41,509 nucleotides of DNA from a virus. Lineage: Duplodnaviria; Heunggongvirae; Uroviricota; Caudoviricetes. The stretch lies in IMG/VR virus record IMGVR_UViG_3300028364_000020, positions 1 through 41,509 of that record; one strand, written 5' to 3'. This document shows, one piece after another, positions 29,648-36,657 of the stretch. How positions within the stretch are numbered: position 1 is the stretch's first letter; every line of letters starts with the position of its first letter. The translations under genes were made by a program, and so were the position numbers. The notes beneath the pieces are model-generated. The model was not told the origin of the DNA, searched no databases, and was given only the letters and a program-made list of their open reading frames with translations.

Positions 29648-29788
29648 ATGATAGAACACAATTTAAACTTAGACGATTTTGAGTTAGATGAAATTGAATC
29701 AATAGAATTAATCGGAGAAGAGGACACCATTGATATAACAGTAGAGGAAACACATATGTTTTACGCTAATGATATCTATACACACAAT
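29648..29788 (+). mobile_element. Split intein C half (47 aa), helicase
   Basis: EDTIDITVEETHMFYANDIYTHN|S, blocks F and G with Ser+1. Confidence 0.9.
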
Positions 29789-30148
29789 AGTTCTCTTTCA
29801 GCAGAAGTGGTGGAAGCAAACCAAATGGGTGGTTCTATTAAAAAAGGTCAGATTGGTCACTTTATCGTGTCAATCGCTAAAACTTTAGACCAAAAAGATG
29901 ATGGTACAGCAACTATGGCAATACTTAAATCTCGTTTTGGTAAAGATGGTGTTATATTTCAGGATATTAAATTTGATAATTCAAGGATTCAAATCGATAT
30001 GGGTGAAAGTAAAGGTGCTAGGACAAAAAAAGAGCATACTGAAGATAAAAGTGTAAAACAGCAATTAAGAGTTAATACATTATTTGCAGCGGCTAAGGCA
30101 CAAAAAACAAAGACCGAAGTAATGGAGGGGTTAATAGTCCCAGTATAA
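29648..30148 (+). CDS. dnaB: Helicase C-terminal fragment starting with a split-intein C half
   Basis: 47-aa IntC ending THN, then SSLSAEVVEANQMGGSIKKGQIGHFIVSI...AILKSRFG, the helicase C-terminus. Confidence 0.9.
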   Translation: MIEHNLNLDDFELDEIESIELIGEEDTIDITVEETHMFYANDIYTHNSSLSAEVVEANQMGGSIKKGQIGHFIVSIAKTLDQKDDGTATMAILKSRFGKDGVIFQDIKFDNSRIQIDMGESKGARTKKEHTEDKSVKQQLRVNTLFAAAKAQKTKTEVMEGLIVPV

Positions 30149-30177
30149 ATAAATAAAAACAAACAAACAAACAAAAA

Positions 30178-31155
30178 ATGAGTAATATTAGTGGAGTAGA
30201 AGAAATAGAACCAATCTTAGTTAAAAATTCGGACCGTTTTGTTATTTTCCCAATTGAACATGAAGATATTTGGAAATATTATGAAATATCTTTAGAATCA
30301 ATGTGGACGGTAAAAGAAGTTGATTTATCTAAAGATATTGACGATTGGAATAATAAATTAACTGAAAATGAAAGGTTTTTCATTAAAAACGTATTAGCTT
30401 TTTTTGCTGCCTCAGATGGTATCGTAAATGAAAACTTGGCAGAAAATTTTTTAAAAGAAGTTCAGTATACTGAAGCATCATTCTTTTATGGTTTTCAAAT
30501 TATGATGGAAAATATACACAGTAATATGTATTCACTATTGATTGATACGTACATCAAAGACACCAAAGAGCGAAATGAATGCTTTAAGGCGATAGAATAT
30601 ATGGAACCAGTCAAGAAGAAGGCTGATTGGGCTTTAAAATGGATTGAATCCGAATCATTTGCTGAAAGATTGGTGGCTTTTGCTGCTGTTGAAGGAATAT
30701 TTTTCAGTGGTTCTTTTTGTAGTATATTTTATTTGAAATCAAGAGGTTTGATGCCTGGATTATGTGATAGCAACGCATTCATTTCAAGAGATGAAGCACT
30801 ACATTGTGATTTTGCTATTCACTTATTGAATAATCACATCGTAAACAAACCATCTAACGAAAGAATTAAAGAAATTTTCTTGTCAGCATTAGAAATTGAA
30901 AAAGAGTTTATTACCGAATCTTTACCAGTTTCTCTTATTGGTATGAATTCTGAATTAATGAAAAGATATTTAGAATTTGTTGTTGATGGTTTATTGGTTC
31001 AACTTGAATGCGACAAAGTTTTTAACACTAAAAACCCATTTGAATTTATGAACCAAATTGCTTTAAAAACAAAACAAAACTTTTTTGAAGGTCGTTCAAC
31101 AGAGTACAAATCAGCTGATTTAAGTGGACCTATTTCATTTGATGAAGAAATTTAA
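30178..31155 (+). CDS. nrdB: Ribonucleotide reductase class Ia small subunit
   Basis: [40 protein letters not shown] di-iron/tyrosyl motifs. Confidence 0.95.
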   Translation: MSNISGVEEIEPILVKNSDRFVIFPIEHEDIWKYYEISLESMWTVKEVDLSKDIDDWNNKLTENERFFIKNVLAFFAASDGIVNENLAENFLKEVQYTEASFFYGFQIMMENIHSNMYSLLIDTYIKDTKERNECFKAIEYMEPVKKKADWALKWIESESFAERLVAFAAVEGIFFSGSFCSIFYLKSRGLMPGLCDSNAFISRDEALHCDFAIHLLNNHIVNKPSNERIKEIFLSALEIEKEFITESLPVSLIGMNSELMKRYLEFVVDGLLVQLECDKVFNTKNPFEFMNQIALKTKQNFFEGRSTEYKSADLSGPISFDEEI

Positions 31156-31166
31156 TAAAAAAAAAT

Positions 31167-32753
31167 ATGCAAGTAATTAAAAGAAACGGGAATAAGATTG
31201 ATTTTAACCCGAATAAAATTCTAACAAGAATTAAAAAACAATCAGAAGGATTAAAAGTAAATGCGGATGATGTATTTATTAAAGTAACACAAGGTATTGC
31301 GGATTTAATGACAACTAATCAATTAGATGACTTAATTTCTGTTGTGGCCGAATCTTTAGCAATGAATCATCCAGATTACTCAATATTAGCCGCTAATATT
31401 TCAATAACTAAACTTCATAAGGAAACTGAGGAATCGTTTATGAAAGCGACTAAAAAGATGTATAACGCTGGTCTATTAAGTGAGGTTTACTTCAATAAAG
31501 TAAAAGATAATATCGAATTAATTGAGTCAGCAATTGATTATAAAAGAGATTTTCATTTTGATTATTTTGGGTGGTGTTCTTTAAAAGATATTTATCTTCT
31601 AAAATTGAAAAACGGTTCAATCGTTGAACGACCACAACACTTATATGTTAGGGTTGCTTTAATGATAACGGGAACACCAGAAGACTTTTTAGAGAAGTAT
31701 GATGATTTAAGCTTTCAAAAAGAAAGTCCAGCAACACCTTTAAAAATTAACATTGGTACCACAATTGGACAAATTGCATCATGTAACTTATCAATAATTC
31801 CAGAGGATTCAACTGATGGTTTATTAAATATTTTATCTAGAATTGCAATTTCATCGTCAAAGGCAGAGGGTATCGGATTAGCTGTTTCTAACATGCGTTC
31901 TAAAGAAAGTAACGTTGGTAAATCTAACGGAAAAGCTGGTGGTATTTTGAAATATTTAAAAATTGTTAATGAAACACTTAGGTTTTGGAATCAACGTGGT
32001 AAACGACCAGGTTCCTGTGCAATCTACATCGAACCATGGCATAAAGATGTATTTGATGTTTTAGATATTAGAAAAAAAACAGGTGATGAAACAATGAGGG
32101 CCAGAGATTTATTTTCGGCCTTATGGAATACAGATAATTTCATGAGAGCAGTTGAATCTGGAGGAGATTGGTATCTATTTTGCCCAGATGACATAAAAGA
32201 AGCTGGTCTAAAACCATTTTATGAAATATATGGTGTTGAATTTGAAGAAGAATACGACAAAGCTGTGGCTTTAGGTATTGGAACCAAGATAAAAGCTTAT
32301 GATTTATGGTTAAAAATATTAGAAGCCCAAATTGAGACTGGTATGCCTTACATGTGTCACAAAGACCATGCTAATAAAAAATCGAACCAAAAAAACGTTG
32401 GTATGATTCATTCAAGTAATTTGTGTGTTGATGGTGAAACAATTATTAAAACAAAATATCATGGTAAGGAAGTTGATTTTAATATTTCCGATGTTGTTAA
32501 CGATTTTAATGTAGAACACGGTATAGAAGTATTAAGTTATAATATTGAAACAAATAAACCAGAATATAAAAAGATAACAAATGCTGCCTTAATGAATGAG
32601 TCAGCTGATGTTTTAAAGATAACTGATGAGGAAACTGGTAAACATATTATTTGCACACCAGAACACCAAATATTCACAAAAAATAGAGGATATGTGTTAG
32701 CTAAAGATTTAGTTGAGACTGATGTATTAGAAATATTAAATACAAAAACGTAA
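31167..32753 (+). CDS. nrdA: Ribonucleotide reductase large subunit, fragment 1 (ATP cone to SSNL) plus split intein N half
   Basis: VIKRNG ATP cone, ASCNL, RGKRPGSCAIYIEPWH, HSSNL|CVDGET. Confidence 0.92.
   Translation: MQVIKRNGNKIDFNPNKILTRIKKQSEGLKVNADDVFIKVTQGIADLMTTNQLDDLISVVAESLAMNHPDYSILAANISITKLHKETEESFMKATKKMYNAGLLSEVYFNKVKDNIELIESAIDYKRDFHFDYFGWCSLKDIYLLKLKNGSIVERPQHLYVRVALMITGTPEDFLEKYDDLSFQKESPATPLKINIGTTIGQIASCNLSIIPEDSTDGLLNILSRIAISSSKAEGIGLAVSNMRSKESNVGKSNGKAGGILKYLKIVNETLRFWNQRGKRPGSCAIYIEPWHKDVFDVLDIRKKTGDETMRARDLFSALWNTDNFMRAVESGGDWYLFCPDDIKEAGLKPFYEIYGVEFEEEYDKAVALGIGTKIKAYDLWLKILEAQIETGMPYMCHKDHANKKSNQKNVGMIHSSNLCVDGETIIKTKYHGKEVDFNISDVVNDFNVEHGIEVLSYNIETNKPEYKKITNAALMNESADVLKITDEETGKHIICTPEHQIFTKNRGYVLAKDLVETDVLEILNTKT
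32424..32750 (+). mobile_element. Split intein N half 1 (109 aa), NrdA
   Basis: Cys1 CVDGETII, block B CTPEHQIF, YVLAKDL, then TAA. Confidence 0.9.
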
Positions 32754-32754
32754 A

Positions 32755-32853
32755 ATGATAAAAATAGAAAAATTAAAAGAAAATAAAAAGGTGTATGACA
32801 TTACAGTTGAAGGTAATAGTAATTTCTTTGGGAACGGTATCTTAGTACATAAT
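32755..32853 (+). mobile_element. Split intein C half 1 (33 aa), NrdA
   Basis: MIKIEKLKENKKVYDITVEGNSNFFGNGILVHN|C. Confidence 0.9.
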
Positions 32854-33738
32854 TGTGCAGAAATTATGGAATCGACTGATTATCAGACAACTGCGATTTG
32901 TACGCTTACAAGTATCCCAGTACATAAATTTATTAAAGATGGTAAATATGACTTTATTGAGTTAGGAAGGGTTGCTCGTTCAATAACTAAATCACTTAAT
33001 ATCGCAATTGAGGTCAATGAATATTCTACAAAAGAAGGTAGAAAAGGTGGTTTAGAGCAAAGAGCATTAGGAATTGGTATTCAAGGATTAGCCGACACAT
33101 ATGCGATATTAAAACTTCCTTTTACTTCAGAAAGTGCAAGGAAATTAAATAAAAACATTTTTGAAACCATTTATTATAATGCACTTAAGGAATCTTGTAA
33201 TTTAGCTAAATCAAGTGGTTTAAAATATCATGGGTATGAAGGTTCACCTATTTCTGAGGGTGTTTTCCAATGGGAAATGTGGGGAATAAATGAAGAAGAT
33301 TTATCTGGTCTTCATGATTGGAAACAATTAAGAGAAGACATAATTAAATATGGTGTTAGAAATTCTTTAGTAACAACAGCACCACCAACTGCTAGTTGTC
33401 AAGTTATTGGAACTAGAATACAAACCGAAAACGGTGTTAAATCCTTTAAAGATATATTGGAAGAAAATAATATCGATTGGTCAGCTTTAGAGGACAACAA
33501 TTTACAACAATGGTTACCATTAAAACCTTTTAATGTAAAAACCACTAATGGTTACGAAGAAGTTGATAAAATTAAATACAATGCGTATTCAGAAGTGTAC
33601 AAAATAGAAATGGAAGATGGTTCTATTTTTGAGGCAACACCAAACCATAAGTTTAAGGTAAATAGAGATGGTCAAGAAACTTGGGTTGAAGTTAAAGACC
33701 TCTTATTAGATGACGATATTTTAAATATTTTCGAATAA
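32755..33738 (+). CDS. nrdA: Ribonucleotide reductase large subunit, fragment 2 (IntC1 - catalytic core - IntN2)
   Basis: 33-aa IntC ending VHN|CAEI, AICTLTS, LGIGIQGLAD, RNSLVTTAPPTAS|CQVIGT... intein start. Confidence 0.92.
   Translation: MIKIEKLKENKKVYDITVEGNSNFFGNGILVHNCAEIMESTDYQTTAICTLTSIPVHKFIKDGKYDFIELGRVARSITKSLNIAIEVNEYSTKEGRKGGLEQRALGIGIQGLADTYAILKLPFTSESARKLNKNIFETIYYNALKESCNLAKSSGLKYHGYEGSPISEGVFQWEMWGINEEDLSGLHDWKQLREDIIKYGVRNSLVTTAPPTASCQVIGTRIQTENGVKSFKDILEENNIDWSALEDNNLQQWLPLKPFNVKTTNGYEEVDKIKYNAYSEVYKIEMEDGSIFEATPNHKFKVNRDGQETWVEVKDLLLDDDILNIFE
33397..33735 (+). mobile_element. Split intein N half 2 (113 aa), NrdA
   Basis: Cys1 CQVIGTRI, block B EATPNHKF, WVEVKDL, then TAA. 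Confidence 0.9.
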
Positions 33739-33791
33739 CCCTCGATGTTTTGTTATCAAATAAAAAATATTAATAAATTAAGAAAAAAAAA

Positions 33792-33896
33792 ATGAAAATA
33801 AAAAAAATATCTAAAGGAGAAGTAAAACCAACATGGGATATTGAAGTACCTAATGTAAATCATTATATAATGGAAAACGGTTGTGTTAGTCATAAC
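33792..33896 (+). mobile_element. Split intein C half 2 (35 aa), NrdA
   Basis: MKIKKISKGEVKPTWDIEVPNVNHYIMENGCVSHN|S. Confidence 0.9.
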
Positions 33897-34409
33897 TCAG
33901 CTAGAGTAATTGGGGCAAACGAAGCATTTGAACCATTTACGTCAAATCTTTATGTTAGAAAAGTAACTGGTGGTGAATTTGCGATGGTAAATAAACATCT
34001 AGTAAGGGACTTAGAAGCTGAAGGATTATGGAATAGAGATATTTTACAAGAATTAATTAAAAGTGAAGGAAGTGTTCAAAATATTTCAGCAATTAGTCAA
34101 GATTTAAAAGACATTTACAAAACAGTTTGGGAGTTGTCACAAAAATCTTTAATAGAAATGTCAGCTGAAAGAGGTCCATTTATTGACCAATCACAGAGTT
34201 TAAATTTATTCTTCGCTACTCCAACGGTAGGTAAATTAACAACAGCACATTTTCTAGCTTGGAGATTAGGGTTAAAAACTGGACAATACTATTTAAGAAG
34301 TCAACCAGTTGAAATGAAAGCTAAACACTTAGCTATTGACATGAGTAAAGTAAAACAACCAGAAAAACCGACAGAAAGTCAATTTGAGTGTGAAGGTTGT
34401 TCTACGTAA
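33792..34409 (+). CDS. nrdA: Ribonucleotide reductase large subunit, fragment 3 (IntC2 plus C-terminus)
   Basis: 35-aa IntC ending SHN|SARVIGANEAFEP, FIDQSQSLN, GLKTGQYYLR, terminal CEGCST. Confidence 0.92.
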   Translation: MKIKKISKGEVKPTWDIEVPNVNHYIMENGCVSHNSARVIGANEAFEPFTSNLYVRKVTGGEFAMVNKHLVRDLEAEGLWNRDILQELIKSEGSVQNISAISQDLKDIYKTVWELSQKSLIEMSAERGPFIDQSQSLNLFFATPTVGKLTTAHFLAWRLGLKTGQYYLRSQPVEMKAKHLAIDMSKVKQPEKPTESQFECEGCST

Positions 34410-34424
34410 AATAAAACAAAAAGT

Positions 34425-34452
34425 AAAAGGGAACCAATTGGCTCCCTTTTTT
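34425..34452 (+). terminator. Rho-independent terminator after nrdA
   Basis: AAAAGGGAACC-AATT-GGCTCCCTTTTTT, one mismatch. Confidence 0.75.
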
Positions 34453-34511
34453 AATTCCTATATTTACTTATAAAAATTAAATGTTATTATATTTATAAAT
34501 TAAAGAATAAT

Positions 34512-34892
34512 ATGGCAAGATTTATAAATATAAACTACCCGTTTAAAGATAGCGATAAAGGACATTTTTTGGCTTTGAATGATAATGATACCCAAGCAGT
34601 AAAAGCTGACCTACTACATCTAATTCTTACTAGAAGAGGTCAAAGACTTTATAAACCAGATTTTGGTACAGATTTAATGAAGTTTATATTCGAACCAAAT
34701 GACGAATTAACAATGAGCGGAATTAAAGAAGAAATCCACAACGTAATAAAAGCATATTTCCCCCAATTGACAATTGATGAACTTTCAATTGTTGAATCAG
34801 AAGAAAGTGACCATGCGGCAACACTAACAATAAGATATTCAATAACAGACGATGTATTTACAACATCAGATATGATTGTTGTAAACATATAA
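34512..34892 (+). CDS. Baseplate wedge / sheath initiator (T4 gp25-like)
   Basis: DLLHLILTRRGQRLYKPDFGTDLMKFIFEP...AYFPQLTI, the gp25/GPW signature. Confidence 0.9.
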   Translation: MARFININYPFKDSDKGHFLALNDNDTQAVKADLLHLILTRRGQRLYKPDFGTDLMKFIFEPNDELTMSGIKEEIHNVIKAYFPQLTIDELSIVESEESDHAATLTIRYSITDDVFTTSDMIVVNI

Positions 34893-36540
34893 ACAAAATA
34901 GTAAAAAATTTTAAAATATATTTTTTATTACCAGAGTCATAAATTCGATAAATACCTCTTTCTAACATTATGTCATGTTCTGACTTGGTTTTATCATAAC
35001 CATCTTTAACTAACAAATCTTTTCGGTAATTAAACCTATATTTCCTTTCTTTATTTATAATATAAAAATAGCTAGGTTTCGAGTCATGAATAAATTCAAA
35101 ACCTAATTTTTCATATAAATTACCAACACTCCATCGTTTATCGGCATAACTAATAACTTCTTTTGGGTTATAATTTTTTATAAAATATTTAAATAATTTA
35201 TCGGCCCCACCAATTACACTCGTATCTAACTCATTGACAAATCTAAGTAATTCATATGAGTTTTCTTTTTTATTTTGACCTAAAATCTTTCTTAAATTAC
35301 CAAAAGTCATTAAAGAAACTAACTTGTTTTCATAATATAACCCTAACCTAATACTTGAATTACTATATCCTTGTAAATGATTATTAATTAAAAATTCTCT
35401 GACTTGTTTTGTTGATACCTCTTTTATTTCACATTTTCTACCATAAACTCTTTTTTGTGTTAAACCAAGAATATTTTTAAGTCTAGATTTAACAATATCT
35501 TGTTTATTTAACCATTCATCCTCAAATATGTGTATTAATTGAATATCTTGTTCTGAACATAATTGTGTTTTATTGAGGTGGTAATTTTTATCTTTATATA
35601 TTTCGGAATGCCAATATAACCCATTATATTCAATAGCTATTTTATGGTCTGGTAAATAAATATCTAATTCAAATGATTTTATTATTTTTCTAGTATTCTC
35701 TATAATTTTAACGTCAAGTGATTTTATAAAAGTCTTTATTTCAATTTCATGAGACGATGTACCATTATTTGAACATTTAATACAACCATTTCCTTGTCTA
35801 TGTGAATCAACCCTTTGATTAAATTCACCATGAATAGGACAAATTATTTCGACTTCACCCTGAGAGTTATTGTAGATTACTTTTGAGTAATCATATTTAT
35901 TATTATGAACTATACTACATATAGTTTTAAAAGTGTCGGTATTGTATATTTTACCTAAACATTCAAAACAACCTTGCTCTTTGGATAGATGGTTATTTGG
36001 TGTTTGTTCGAATTCACCATGAATAGCACAAATTATAGTGACTTTAGTTCTAGAATTAGTATAAACAACTTTTGAATAATCGTATTTATTGTTATGTATT
36101 TTTTGAGCTTTAGATATAAATAACTTTCCATCCATTTTAATTGTACCACCACAGTACATACATCCTCTACCAGATAAATGATTATCTGGCGTTTGTTCGA
36201 ATTCACCATGGATAGGACAAATTATTATAACCTTAGTTTTAGTGTTCTTATATATAACCTTTGAGTAATCATATTTATCACTATGTACCTCATTAGCCTT
36301 TTGAATAAAGAATTCGATTGTGTTCTTCTGTTTATCACTAGTTTTACTTGAACCACATTTTGGACAACCTTGTTTATTACAAATGTGTTTATTAGGTTTC
36401 TGTTCAAATTCACCATGCTCACTACATATTATCTTAAGTTTAGTGTTATTATCTATATAAACTGAATTAGTATAATCATATTTACTGTTATGTATTTTAT
36501 TTGATTCTAAAATAAAATCTTCTATTGTCTTTTTTTTCAT
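34858..36540 (-). CDS. Zn-finger-repeat / Vsr-like putative homing endonuclease with C-terminal GNAT-like domain
   Basis: Four IIC-x2-HGEF-x-Q...H...GC-x2-C repeats, LDIYLPDHKIAIEYNGLYWHSE, IHIFEDEW, then YELLRF...GGADKLF...VISYAD.RWS.G.LYEKLGF. ATG 36540 is preferred because the track start at 36570 lies inside the promoter element. Confidence 0.75.
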   Translation of the reverse strand: MKKKTIEDFILESNKIHNSKYDYTNSVYIDNNTKLKIICSEHGEFEQKPNKHICNKQGCPKCGSSKTSDKQKNTIEFFIQKANEVHSDKYDYSKVIYKNTKTKVIIICPIHGEFEQTPDNHLSGRGCMYCGGTIKMDGKLFISKAQKIHNNKYDYSKVVYTNSRTKVTIICAIHGEFEQTPNNHLSKEQGCFECLGKIYNTDTFKTICSIVHNNKYDYSKVIYNNSQGEVEIICPIHGEFNQRVDSHRQGNGCIKCSNNGTSSHEIEIKTFIKSLDVKIIENTRKIIKSFELDIYLPDHKIAIEYNGLYWHSEIYKDKNYHLNKTQLCSEQDIQLIHIFEDEWLNKQDIVKSRLKNILGLTQKRVYGRKCEIKEVSTKQVREFLINNHLQGYSNSSIRLGLYYENKLVSLMTFGNLRKILGQNKKENSYELLRFVNELDTSVIGGADKLFKYFIKNYNPKEVISYADKRWSVGNLYEKLGFEFIHDSKPSYFYIINKERKYRFNYRKDLLVKDGYDKTKSEHDIMLERGIYRIYDSGNKKYILKFFTILFICLQQSYLML

Positions 36541-36567
36541 ACTTATTGTTTCTTTATTATAACTACG

Positions 36568-36575
36568 CAAATGTA
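36568..36575 (-). promoter_or_regulatory. Bacteroidota-type -7 element for the antisense nuclease gene
   Basis: Minus strand TACATTTG; the same 10-mer (GCAAATGTAC on plus) occurs at 923-932. No clear -33 TTG at the canonical spacing. Confidence 0.55.
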
Positions 36576-36657
36576 CGAAAAAATAATTAATTATTTGTAA
36601 ATAAACAATTATTTACAAATAAAGTTAAATGATTATATTTATTTATAAATAATTAAG

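Noticed and set aside
29582-29648. Stop-codon recoding (TAG readthrough) or T4 gene 60-style ribosomal bypass joining the helicase halves
   Set aside because: The gap is in frame but a TAA (29645-29647) blocks it just before the ATG, also after the in-frame AAA landing codons. ORFs of up to about 2,100 aa are intact in the standard code, so there is no sign of genome-wide recoding.
33736-33792. Group I intron or bypass in the 53-nt nrdA gap
   Set aside because: Too short and unstructured for an intron. No matching GAA landing codon is in frame with the downstream ORF, and intein halves already explain the break.
31167-34409. nrdA as a fragmented pseudogene
   Set aside because: All breaks fall inside inteins at the usual split position, each downstream piece has an ATG with an A-rich leader, and all catalytic residues and splice-junction residues are intact.
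36002-36215. DNA repeat GTTTGTTCGAATTCACCATG occurring twice
   Set aside because: It encodes the HGEFEQT core of the protein's Zn-finger repeats and is not an independent element.
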